Shown piece after piece: positions 28,869 to 38,080 of a DNA stretch of 64,000 nucleotides. The first letter of the stretch is position 1, and each line of letters begins with the position of its first letter. Origin of the DNA: Candidatus Bathyarchaeota archaeon (GTDB lineage Archaea; Thermoproteota; Bathyarchaeia; Bathyarchaeales; Bathycorpusculaceae); contig CAWGZR010000005.1 in assembly GCA_963827165.1 (NCBI GenBank), positions 704,001 to 768,000 on the forward strand, in the 5' to 3' direction. A model generated the notes under the pieces. That model saw only the letters and a program-made list of their open reading frames with translations, had not been told where the DNA came from and made no database searches. The position numbers and the translations under genes are program-made.

Positions 28869-29576
28869 ATGAAAGTTGTCGTCCACTGGAGCGGCGGCAA
28901 AGAATGCTGCTTAGCTTACCACAAAGTCGTCAAGCAGGGACATCACGTTGCTTGTCTTCTCAGCTTCGAATATCAGCGTCCTTACGTATTTCACAGTTTC
29001 CAGATGATGCATCTCCAATCCCAAACGCTGGGCACGCCCCTTAAAGTTGTCAGAATCAGAAAGCCGTACGAAGACATCCTTGGCGCCCTGAGCAAACTAA
29101 AGGATGAGGAGGGCATTGAAGGCATCGTTACAGGCGATATAGCTGGTGCAGGATGCGCCATTGTACACTCAAGCTACTATGAGAGTATGGCCAAACAGTT
29201 GGGGTTAGCTTTCTTGATGCCTAACGAGGGCGACACGTACGAAGTGCTTAAGGACGCTGTGAGCACAGGTCTAAGACCGGTCTTAACTTGTATCAACACC
29301 AACTTTTTCGGCGAGGAATGGCTGGGAAGAAAACTTGATCCAGAATCCGTCAAGGAACTCAAAGCGATAGCCGACGAAAAAGACATTGACGTTGCCAGCG
29401 AAGACGGACAAGGCTACCACAGCACCGTGGTCGAAGCGCCTCTTTTTAAAGATTCTTTGAGCATAGGCAAATTCAAAACTAAGAAAAAGAAGGAAAAATC
29501 CAAAAATTGGAAAAGAAACTGGCTCTACATGGACATTAAAGAGTGCCATTTGACGCCAAAGCAACCGTCCAAGTGA
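28869..29576 (+). CDS. DUF71/Dph6-family ATP pyrophosphatase paralog B
   Basis: 'MKVVVHWSGGKECC', 'VTGDI', 'EEWLGR', 'YHSTVVEAPLF'; ATG 28869 after GAGGGG. Confidence 0.85.
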   Translation: MKVVVHWSGGKECCLAYHKVVKQGHHVACLLSFEYQRPYVFHSFQMMHLQSQTLGTPLKVVRIRKPYEDILGALSKLKDEEGIEGIVTGDIAGAGCAIVHSSYYESMAKQLGLAFLMPNEGDTYEVLKDAVSTGLRPVLTCINTNFFGEEWLGRKLDPESVKELKAIADEKDIDVASEDGQGYHSTVVEAPLFKDSLSIGKFKTKKKKEKSKNWKRNWLYMDIKECHLTPKQPSK

Positions 29577-29705
29577 GGTTCCTTCGACCTTTTGGCCTTC
29601 ATCATTCTGAAAATCTGATATTTTAGGTTTCAGATGGAAAATTGCGTGCAATTGCATAAAGTAAATGTAGCACAAGGTATAAACTCTATTGCTTCAGGTA
29701 AAAAC

Positions 29706-31118
29706 ATGAAAACTCGCATTACTCTTGTCAATCCGCCGTACCCTGCCGGTTCCCATCAACATCCCCCTTTCATGCCTCTGGGTATAGGGTACTTAGGCGC
29801 TGTGTTGTACAAGAATCACTTTGAAGTTAACGTGATTGATTGTCAAGCGCAGAAATTAACGCACAGCCAATTCAAAGAGGAAATCAGCAAGGTTCAGCCG
29901 GACATAGTTGGAGTCACCTGCACAACCCTCACCTACAAGTCAGCGCTCGGCATAGTGAAAATAGCTAAACAAGTTTGGCCAAAATGCCTAACCGCAATCG
30001 GAGGACCCCACGTCACTTTCTGGGATGAAAAGGCACTGCAGGAATGTCCTGAACTTGACATTGTGGTCAGAGGCGAAGGCGAGAATACGATTCTTGAACT
30101 TGCGCAGAGAGTCGAAAACGGTCAAGCGTATCATGACCTCATCGGAACTACCTGCAGAAACGGCTCGGCAATGGCGAAGAACCCCGATAGACCGTATTTG
30201 GAGAACCTCGACAGCTTACCGTTCCCAGCTCTGCATCTATGGTCGCACACGGCGAACTTGCGCAAATACGGTACGATTCCCTACCCAGTGATGACAAGCC
30301 GCGGCTGCGTCTACTGGTGCAATTTCTGCACAACTGTGCGTATGTTTGGCAGAAGATACCGCATGCGCAGCACCAAAAACGTGGTTGACGAGTTGGAGTT
30401 CCTGCACAAGAACTATTATGCGACTCAATTCACCTTTTACGATGACGCATTCACAGTTAACCAAGAACGGACGATGGAGATATGCGACGAAATCGTGCGC
30501 AGAGGGCTAAAAATCAAATGGGACTGTGAAACCCGAGTGGACATGGTTTCCAAAGAATTGTTCGTTAAGATGAGGGAAGCAGGTTGCATCGCTGTTTGGT
30601 TCGGTGTAGAGTCGGGTTCAAAGACGCTTCTAACCAGCATGGGAAAGGGTTTCTCGCTTACGCAGACAAGACGGGCTTTCAAGTGGGCAAAAGAAGCGGG
30701 CTTGATGACAGTTGCAGGCGTCATTTTAGGATTTCCCGGCGAAACCAAGGAAACCGTTTGGGAAACAATCCGGTTCATAAAAGAGCTGAACCCAAATGAC
30801 GTCGGCTTCTACATTGCAACACCTTACCCAGGAACACCGCTATATGAGGAAGTCAAAGCAAGCGGTAGGCTAAAGATAACTGACTTCGACAAGTATGACA
30901 CTGCAACGCCGACTTTCGAGATTCCAAATTTCACGATGCAAGAGCTATCACAAATCCGGGAAAAAGCATTCCAAAGCTTCTACCTTAGCCCAGCATACTT
31001 CGTCAGCGCTCTTGGCATGTTCAGACAAGGCAAAATGTGGGGTTTAGGCGCAACTCGACTGATTCTCGCTCACGCAAGACGGGCAGTAATAGCGAGGGCA
31101 AACAGCATCATGAAATAG
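29706..31118 (+). CDS. Cobalamin-binding radical SAM protein #6
   Basis: 'MKTRITLVNPP', 'GGPHVTFWD', 'SRGCVYWCNFC', 'GVESG', 'TPYPGT'. Confidence 0.92.
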   Translation: MKTRITLVNPPYPAGSHQHPPFMPLGIGYLGAVLYKNHFEVNVIDCQAQKLTHSQFKEEISKVQPDIVGVTCTTLTYKSALGIVKIAKQVWPKCLTAIGGPHVTFWDEKALQECPELDIVVRGEGENTILELAQRVENGQAYHDLIGTTCRNGSAMAKNPDRPYLENLDSLPFPALHLWSHTANLRKYGTIPYPVMTSRGCVYWCNFCTTVRMFGRRYRMRSTKNVVDELEFLHKNYYATQFTFYDDAFTVNQERTMEICDEIVRRGLKIKWDCETRVDMVSKELFVKMREAGCIAVWFGVESGSKTLLTSMGKGFSLTQTRRAFKWAKEAGLMTVAGVILGFPGETKETVWETIRFIKELNPNDVGFYIATPYPGTPLYEEVKASGRLKITDFDKYDTATPTFEIPNFTMQELSQIREKAFQSFYLSPAYFVSALGMFRQGKMWGLGATRLILAHARRAVIARANSIMK

Positions 31119-31145
31119 AAAAATTTTGACGGAGAAAATGTTAGA

Positions 31146-32516
31146 TTGATTTTGCTGATGACTACTGCGCCGCCCTTGAAGTCGCCTTGGGGCGTGGCTG
31201 GAAGGCTTCCTCCTTTGGGTTTGGCATACGTTGCCTCAGTACTGGAAAAAAGCGGCTTCCAAGTTGAAATCTACGACAATTACTTGCTCGAGCGACCCAT
31301 CGAAGAAGTTAAATCGGAAATAAGAAAATGCTCCCCAGAAATCGTTGGCTTAACATGCAATTCTTTGTCTTATGAGCGAGTCGTGGAAATGGCTAAGACA
31401 GTTAAAGAGGCGTGTCCTTCCTGCCGCGTTATTATCGGCGGTCCGCATGCCTCGTACATGCCTGAGACACTGCTTGAACACCCGGAGATAGATTACGTAG
31501 TTGTCGGAGAAGGAGAGAGGGCCATGGTTCAGCTTGTTTTCAACATTACAAAAGGCGAAAAGGCCTCGGCGGCAGCGCAGATTCCCGGAGTTGCATGCAA
31601 AATCGGTGGTGAAATAGCCGAAACTCCACCTCAATTCATCGCTAACCTGGATGAGGTTCCTATTCCAGCCCGTCAATTGCTGCCGATGCGGATGTACGTT
31701 CGGGAACTGAGTTATCTTAGCGTTAAACCCGTTGACACCATGAGCATACATCGTGGTTGTCCCTACAGATGCGCTTACTGCGAGACAAGGGAGCTTTGGG
31801 GCTCAGCTTGCCGCGCGTTTTCGCCGCAGAGAGTAATCGACGAAATCCAGCAGATAGTCGAAACCTACGGCACAAAAGGCATTTACTTTGTCGGCGACAA
31901 CTTTACCATAAACAAAAAACGCACAACCGAACTTTGTCGCCTTATGAAAAGCAACAAAATCGATTTGAAGTGGACTTGCGAAACACGCTCCGACCTAATC
32001 AACAAAGAACTCCTATCAGAAATGAAATCTGCGGGCTGCCAAACCATGTTTTTCGGCGTCGAATCTGGATCGCCTCGGATTCTGCAGAAACTCAACAAAG
32101 GCATTGATCTGCAGGAGGTTGTGAAGGCTTTTGAGCTCTGCAGGCAAGTGGGCGTGCAGACTGTGACGTCTTTTATGCTGGGGATTCCAGGTGAAACCGT
32201 CGACGACATGAACGAGACTTTCGACTTTGCTAAGAAGCTGAAGGCGGATTGGTGTCAATTCAACATCTATATAGCCTGCCCAGGCAGCGCGCTCTACGAC
32301 GAAGTAATAAACAAAGGCCTCTACGATCAAATGTACGGCTATCTTGCACGGGTCAAAACCGACCAATTCGATTACGACACACTCACCACGATTCAACGCG
32401 ATTTCCAGAGAAGCTTCCAGAAATCCGCCGCCCAAAACTTTATGCGGGTAGCAAAGCAAGAAGGCTTAGGAAGCGCGGTCAAGAAGAGTGCGTCGATGGT
32501 TTTTCGCCGCTCATAA
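31146..32516 (+). CDS. Cobalamin-binding radical SAM protein #7
   Basis: 'PPLGLAYVAS', 'GGPHAS', 'HRGCPYRCAYC', 'GVESG'; close paralog of 27260-28636. Confidence 0.92.
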   Translation: MILLMTTAPPLKSPWGVAGRLPPLGLAYVASVLEKSGFQVEIYDNYLLERPIEEVKSEIRKCSPEIVGLTCNSLSYERVVEMAKTVKEACPSCRVIIGGPHASYMPETLLEHPEIDYVVVGEGERAMVQLVFNITKGEKASAAAQIPGVACKIGGEIAETPPQFIANLDEVPIPARQLLPMRMYVRELSYLSVKPVDTMSIHRGCPYRCAYCETRELWGSACRAFSPQRVIDEIQQIVETYGTKGIYFVGDNFTINKKRTTELCRLMKSNKIDLKWTCETRSDLINKELLSEMKSAGCQTMFFGVESGSPRILQKLNKGIDLQEVVKAFELCRQVGVQTVTSFMLGIPGETVDDMNETFDFAKKLKADWCQFNIYIACPGSALYDEVINKGLYDQMYGYLARVKTDQFDYDTLTTIQRDFQRSFQKSAAQNFMRVAKQEGLGSAVKKSASMVFRRS

Positions 32517-32670
32517 AAGGCTTTAATCACCAGAAAAGGGTTCAAACTTTAGTTCGGTTTCTTTTTTTTAGCATTTTCAAGAGGATGCAACATCTTTGTT
32601 GCCAAACTAGACAACTATATTAACGCGTGGAGTTAATCTAACTAAAATATTACGAATTTAGGGGAGAAAG

Positions 32671-34107
32671 ATGAAAACTCATGTAACCCTTGTGAATCCA
32701 CCCTACCCCGGTCACTCATTTCCACATCCGCCTTTCCCGCCGCTGGGCATTGGCTACGTAGCCGCCGTTTTGGAGAAGAACAAATTTGTCGTCGACGTCG
32801 CAGACGCCCTCGTCCTTGGAGTAAGCTACGAAGGGTTAAAACAGGAATTCCTCAAACGCAAACCAGACATCGTCGGTTGCACATGCAACACCCTAACTTA
32901 CAAATCCGCCCTTGCATGCCTGAAAGCCGCCAAAGAAGCCAACCCCAAATGCATAACCGTCATCGGTGGACACCACGTCACCTTCGAAGACGAACAAGCC
33001 CTTAAAGACGAGCAGACGCTAGACCTCGTCATCCGAAACGAAGGTGAATACACTATGCTAGAGCTCGCCGAGCGGGTGGAAGCCGGCAAGGATTACCGCG
33101 ACATCATCGGCACAACTGTAAGAGGCAAAGACGGTGCAATAGTGAGGAACCCTAAAAGAGCTCACATCGAAAACCTCGATGAACTCCCATTCCCAGCCCG
33201 TCACCTATGGCCGCTGGAAGCCACCTCAAAATATGGCAAAGTAATGTTCGACATTATCGCAAGCCGCGGCTGCTCCTTTGCATGTGACTTCTGCATCGAG
33301 GTCCGCATGCACGGGCAAAAATTCCGCAAACGCAGCGTAGCAAACGTCTGCGAAGAGCTTGAACAGTGTAAGAAAGATTTCGGCGCAACATGGTTCAGCT
33401 TCGTCGACGCCGCCTTCACGGTGGACCAGCAGTTCACCTCAGACCTGTGCGACGAAATCATAAAGCGCAACCTCAACATCAACTGGGTTGCTGGAACCCG
33501 CGTAGACATGGTCACTGAAGAATTGCTCAAGAAGATGGCTAAGGCAGGCTGCAAATCCGTTTGGTACGGCGTCGAAAGCGGCGCACAAAACGTGCTTAAC
33601 GAGATGCGTAAAGGCATCACGTTGGAGCAAACCAAGAAGGCGTTCCATTGGACTGTTGATGCGGGAATGAAGCCTGACCCGAACGTTGTGTTGGGCTTCC
33701 CAGGTGAAACCAAAGAGTCCGCGTGGGCAACCATAAAGCTGTGCCAGGAAATCGCCCCATACTACATGGCGTCTTACACCATAGCTACACCATACCCAGG
33801 CACGCCGCTCTACTATCAAGTTAAAGAGAAAGGTTACCTAAAAGACACAGACTTCGACCACTACGACACAGCCACGCCAACCTTCGAAACCCCAACCATG
33901 ACCATCCAAGAACTCCGCAAACTCCGAGCAAAAGCGTGGTCAAGCTTCTACGAACGACCAAGCTACATACGAGCCATGTTCAAAAAAAGCTTCATCTACG
34001 GATTAGCCGCCATGAAAGCAGCCGCCACCTTTAGGCTCATCGACCTGCGAATGGCACTGCAACCAAACAAAGTACCGCCAAAGCCGCCTTCAAAAAGCCA
34101 CTTCTAA
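32671..34107 (+). CDS. Cobalamin-binding radical SAM protein #8
   Basis: GGGGAG RBS; 'PPLGIGYVAA', 'GGHHVTFED', 'SRGCSFACDFC', 'GVESG', 'TPYPGT'. Confidence 0.92.
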   Translation: MKTHVTLVNPPYPGHSFPHPPFPPLGIGYVAAVLEKNKFVVDVADALVLGVSYEGLKQEFLKRKPDIVGCTCNTLTYKSALACLKAAKEANPKCITVIGGHHVTFEDEQALKDEQTLDLVIRNEGEYTMLELAERVEAGKDYRDIIGTTVRGKDGAIVRNPKRAHIENLDELPFPARHLWPLEATSKYGKVMFDIIASRGCSFACDFCIEVRMHGQKFRKRSVANVCEELEQCKKDFGATWFSFVDAAFTVDQQFTSDLCDEIIKRNLNINWVAGTRVDMVTEELLKKMAKAGCKSVWYGVESGAQNVLNEMRKGITLEQTKKAFHWTVDAGMKPDPNVVLGFPGETKESAWATIKLCQEIAPYYMASYTIATPYPGTPLYYQVKEKGYLKDTDFDHYDTATPTFETPTMTIQELRKLRAKAWSSFYERPSYIRAMFKKSFIYGLAAMKAAATFRLIDLRMALQPNKVPPKPPSKSHF

Positions 34108-34181
34108 GCGCCCGGCCAACATTTTTCTTTTCTCCGTTTCATTCTTAAGAAAGATTTCCCTTGCAAAAACAAGCTGTTTTT

Positions 34182-34478
34182 CTAAAAGGTAACGTTGATT
34201 GCATTAAGGATGTCTCGGTAAGCTTTAAGCGGGGTTTCTTTGTCATGCACGCCCTTAATCAGCATCCGTCCACCATCGAAGAGGCTTACATCCAGTTTCA
34301 CGTAATCAAACATCAAGACCATCGGCGACTTCACACGGATTTTGCAGCTTTTCTTGATTTTTTCGCAGGCATCGTTCATATTGAACTTTATGGGTTGCGC
34401 AGGAGTTATATCCGCGGTTGTTCCTCCGCACAGCCAAACGACGCTGAGGTTGCCGACAACTTCTCTTTCAACCATCAT
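34182..34478 (-). CDS. Small protein resembling the C-terminal domain of ThiF/MoeB-family adenylyltransferases
   Basis: 'WLCGG...' and 'SLFDGGRMLIKGV.D...AY' match the recalled pattern LCG...LFxDGRxLIxG. Confidence 0.55.
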   Translation of the reverse strand: MMVEREVVGNLSVVWLCGGTTADITPAQPIKFNMNDACEKIKKSCKIRVKSPMVLMFDYVKLDVSLFDGGRMLIKGVHDKETPLKAYRDILNAINVTF

Positions 34479-34573
34479 GCATCATCTCCAGCCTTGCTAT
34501 TTTAGGCGTAGGTTTACTTAATCAACATTGTCATAGAACATCTTAAAAATGGGGCGACGCAAAAAGGGGCTGG

Positions 34574-35305
34574 TTAATCTTTGGGTTTGAGGGTTGCTTC
34601 TTCCACGTCCATGTAGCAGAAGTCTCCTTCGCGGAACGGTGACCCGCCGAAATCAACGACTTTGCTTTTCTTTGTGAACTTGGTAATCTCGACCCGTTGT
34701 TTGAACAGCGGCGCATCAAGCGATGTGGAGTGGTATTCTCCTGGTTCGCCTGAAACATCGATTCCTTTGCCTGCAGGACCAACCAGCGGCTGCATGTCCT
34801 CAATGCATTTGCGGTCTATTTGCCTTGCCAGCCATTCCTCACCAAAATACCTTTTGTCGATGCAGCTGAGGATGGCTTTTACGCCTGTTGACTGCTCCAA
34901 CTCCATGATTCGTTTTCGGTGGCGATTCCCCGGAATCAGGTTTAGGGGACGGTCCCAAAGAGGCATGATAAGTTCATACCCCAGCTTCTTGCAGGCATCT
35001 TTCCAGACGCGTCGGTGGTGCACATTGTCGATGTCGCCTGTCACGATAGCTTTTGCGCCTTCTTCTTTGTGCAGGCGTTCCAGAGTTCCCATGATGTCGT
35101 CGTAGCGGTTGTCAGTGATTTTTACGAATTGGTGAGGCATGCCTAAAGCTTTGGTTTGTTGCTCGATGACTTTGAAGCTGTGGAAAACATATGGCTCCAT
35201 GTAAACGTATGTAACCAAGCAGGCCACTTCATGACCTTGCTCGACAACCTTATGTAGCGCTGTGCAGCAGTCTTTTCCGCCGCTCCAATGAACAACAACC
35301 TTCAT
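34574..35305 (-). CDS. DUF71/Dph6-family ATP pyrophosphatase paralog C
   Basis: 'MKVVVHWSGGKDCC', 'VTGDID', 'PLW', 'DVSGEPGEYHS...DAPLF'. Confidence 0.88.
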   Translation of the reverse strand: MKVVVHWSGGKDCCTALHKVVEQGHEVACLVTYVYMEPYVFHSFKVIEQQTKALGMPHQFVKITDNRYDDIMGTLERLHKEEGAKAIVTGDIDNVHHRRVWKDACKKLGYELIMPLWDRPLNLIPGNRHRKRIMELEQSTGVKAILSCIDKRYFGEEWLARQIDRKCIEDMQPLVGPAGKGIDVSGEPGEYHSTSLDAPLFKQRVEITKFTKKSKVVDFGGSPFREGDFCYMDVEEATLKPKD

Positions 35306-35647
35306 TTTTGTTTAACACCTAAGGTTAATTTTGGGTCTATTGAAATATGCATAAAATGGCCGAGACCTAATAAGCATTTACAGAAACGGCTTCAAATGAA
35401 CTTAAGATGTAAACTAGCTATTTTCCCCGATTTTCCTAAGGGTTAAGCTTTTCGTGTGGTGGAGTCGTGTTCACAATTATTAAACAGCGTCGTGACTATA
35501 TCATCAGCTTTTAAGGCAAAGTAGGAAAACATTCTTGAAAGAAACTTTTACCACCAACCATTAACTGCAGTCTCAGACGACCAAAATTATCTTACTGTTA
35601 GCAATAATTGAATCCATTTCATGGTTTCTTGGCTTAAAACTAATTTG

Positions 35648-36760
35648 TCACTTTTCAAGTATCTGTTTTATTGCTCGTACGAGTTTTTGATTGTCTTTTG
35701 CTGAGCGGACTGTGACTCTGAAGTATTTGTCGTCCAAGCCCATGAATGTGCAGCAATCTCGAATCAGCATCAGTTGCGTAGTCAATGCGTCCTTCAGCTT
35801 GGTGGAGGTCACTTTGCCGTTTTGAATTTTTATAAGCAGGAAGTTTGTCACGGACGGGTAAACGTGTAAGCCTTCGATTTCGCCGAGGCTTTTAGCAAGA
35901 GTTTCTCTTTCTTTGGCTATTGTCTTTTTGGTGTTTTCGATGAATTCTGTGTCACTGAACGCCGCAAGAGTTGCGCAACTTGCGAGGCTATTGATGCTCC
36001 AAGGCAACCTGACATTCTCCAGTTTCCCAACCATGTTCGGCGCTGCTAATCCGTAGCCTAATCGTATGCCTGCCATGCCGTAGAACTTTGTAACTGACCT
36101 AATCACAAAAAGGTTGTCGTATTCTTTCACCATGCCTGCCATAGTGGTTTCTTCCCCTTTGTCGGCAAATTCTATGTAGTTTTCGTCTACGCTGAATATT
36201 ACGTCTTTTTTGTGGCAGAAGTCGACCAGCTCCAACACTTCCTCCATAGTGTACAGTCTTCCCGATGGGCTGTGTGGGTTGCAGATGGAGAGGATTTTTG
36301 TTTCAGGTGTTATTGCCTGCTTTATTTTTTCGTTGTCCATGGCAAATCCGTCTCGTAGCTGAAGAAAGTTAACTTCGCTTCCAACTCGCAGTGCTGCCTT
36401 CTCGTACTCGCTGAAGGATGGAATCGGAATTAGCGCCTTGAATCCTCGAGGCAAAATCTCAGTGATGGCGTAGATAAGCTCAATTGAGCCGTCTCCTAAA
36501 ACGACATTTTCTTCCTCGACGCCGTGCCCGACATATTTGGCTATTTCCGCTTTGAACTCGACGGGGTTTGGGTCAGGATAGAACTTTATGAGTTTCGCCT
36601 GCTCTCTCACGGCTTCGACGGCTTTGGGTGATGGTCCGAGGAAATTTATGGGTCCGCTGAACTCTAAGACTTCTTCAATGGGTACTTTGTATTTTCGACT
36701 GAAGCCCCAGATGTCTCCGCCGTGACTGACGAATCTGCGTTCTCTACATTGACCCTGCAA
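35648..36760 (-). CDS. cobD: L-threonine-O-3-phosphate decarboxylase CobD (PLP-dependent, HisC-like fold)
   Basis: N-terminal 'HGG...FSGPINFLG', 'YPDP', 'CNPHSPSG', PLP lysine in 'RSVTKFYGMAGIRLGY', 'LIRDC..F.GL'; cobamide genes nearby. Confidence 0.75.
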   Translation of the reverse strand: MQGQCRERRFVSHGGDIWGFSRKYKVPIEEVLEFSGPINFLGPSPKAVEAVREQAKLIKFYPDPNPVEFKAEIAKYVGHGVEEENVVLGDGSIELIYAITEILPRGFKALIPIPSFSEYEKAALRVGSEVNFLQLRDGFAMDNEKIKQAITPETKILSICNPHSPSGRLYTMEEVLELVDFCHKKDVIFSVDENYIEFADKGEETTMAGMVKEYDNLFVIRSVTKFYGMAGIRLGYGLAAPNMVGKLENVRLPWSINSLASCATLAAFSDTEFIENTKKTIAKERETLAKSLGEIEGLHVYPSVTNFLLIKIQNGKVTSTKLKDALTTQLMLIRDCCTFMGLDDKYFRVTVRSAKDNQKLVRAIKQILEK

Positions 36761-37298
36761 CTTTCTCTTCCTCCATCAACCTTGAGATTTCTTTTTCCAC
36801 TACAACATGAGCCTTAAAGTGAGCATTATACAGGTTTACAACCTTGTATAGCCAGTAGATTCCGCCCACTCCGAGCGTAACAATTGTGATTAGAACATAT
36901 GTTTTTATCGGTATCGTCTGAGGCATGAACATCCGCTCTGGAAAAGCAGAAGCCAGAAAAGCATCTTGGTTCCGTTCATGTAAAAGCAAATCCTTAGACA
37001 ACATGTAAGTGATGATGAAAGCAGGGATAATCAGTATTATGCTGACCGCCCACGCCCTAGAGTTCCTTTCAGGGAAAACCGCACTTGCAGGAGGTGCCTG
37101 CCTCCCATTGCCTTTGAGGTAATCAATAACCTTTTTCTCCAAGTCAGCTTCGCGTTCAAAATGTTTGTTCCTGCCTTCAAGCAAGCGGTGGAACATTGGG
37201 AAAAAAGCGATCCCAAAAGTCACGATTGCCGACAGAAACCACATGGAAAACCAAACTTTCCTGTCGCCGTTCAATTTGTTTTGCGATGCGGTTTCCAT
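36744..37298 (-). CDS. Membrane protein, DUF4234-like
   Basis: Repeated 'IVTFGI'/'IVTLGVGGIYWLYK...N.H' helices. Confidence 0.6.
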   Translation of the reverse strand: METASQNKLNGDRKVWFSMWFLSAIVTFGIAFFPMFHRLLEGRNKHFEREADLEKKVIDYLKGNGRQAPPASAVFPERNSRAWAVSIILIIPAFIITYMLSKDLLLHERNQDAFLASAFPERMFMPQTIPIKTYVLITIVTLGVGGIYWLYKVVNLYNAHFKAHVVVEKEISRLMEEEKVAGSM

Positions 37299-37394
37299 TT
37301 TAAGTTACTTTCCGTTTGGCTGCTTAAAAGGTTGGAGCACCCAAACTTTATAAGGTCTTCCATTGGCATCTAAGAATAAACTGGGCGAGGGGAA

Positions 37395-38078
37395 ATGCTG
37401 CTTTCCATAATAATTCCCGTGCACAACGAGGAATTAACGGTAGGCGACATTATCGACCGCGTAAAAGCAGCAGCAAAGCAGACGGGTTTGCAGACGGAAA
37501 TCATTGTTGTGGATGATCATTCTTGTGACAGATCCCTCGCCGTTGCTGAGAAAAAAGGCGTTAGGCTTTACTCGCTTAAGCAACATCTTGGCAAAGGCTA
37601 TGCGTTGCGTGCAGGCTTCGCTAAAGCAAGCGGAGACGTGATAGTCACCATCGACTCGGACGGTAGCCACATGCCTGAAGAACTCTCTGAGATATTAAGG
37701 CCGATCCTTCGTGATCAAGCGGACCTCGTCATCGGATCAAGATATATGAACCACAAGCGGGTGTCAGCACGCAGGCTAAATGCATTCGGTGTACGCATGT
37801 TCAACTACTTCATCCAGCTGTTCACAGGTGTAGCCATCACCGATTCTCAGTCAGGTTACCGCGCCATGACACAGAAAGTCCTTAGAAGCCAAAAGCTCTA
37901 CTCTGGCGAGTACGAAATAGAATCTGAAATGCTGGTTAAAACCGCCAAAAAAAAATTCCGCATCGCCGAGGTTCCCATCAGTTTTGAGCAGAGAACCTAC
38001 GGCAGATCGGGCGTTGATCCCCTGTGGGACGGCTCAAAAATCTTGTTCTGGATAATAATGGCAAGTACGAAGGGTTAG
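37395..38078 (+). CDS. GT2 glycosyltransferase (polyprenol-phosphate hexose synthase, DPM1-like)
   Basis: 'IIPVHNEE', 'VDDHS.D', 'GKGYAL', 'IDSDGSH', 'DSQSGYRA'. Confidence 0.9.
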   Translation: MLLSIIIPVHNEELTVGDIIDRVKAAAKQTGLQTEIIVVDDHSCDRSLAVAEKKGVRLYSLKQHLGKGYALRAGFAKASGDVIVTIDSDGSHMPEELSEILRPILRDQADLVIGSRYMNHKRVSARRLNAFGVRMFNYFIQLFTGVAITDSQSGYRAMTQKVLRSQKLYSGEYEIESEMLVKTAKKKFRIAEVPISFEQRTYGRSGVDPLWDGSKILFWIIMASTKG

Positions 38079-38080
38079 CC

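Noticed and set aside
3821-34107. RiPP biosynthetic cluster (many rSAM and SPASM enzymes)
   Set aside because: No convincing precursor peptide, RRE/PqqD domain, peptidase or exporter was seen; lipid and cobamide genes explain the context better, though a RiPP role is not formally excluded
35648-36760. Histidinol-phosphate aminotransferase hisC
   Set aside because: The N-terminal HGG motif and cobamide gene context favour CobD; no his genes are nearby
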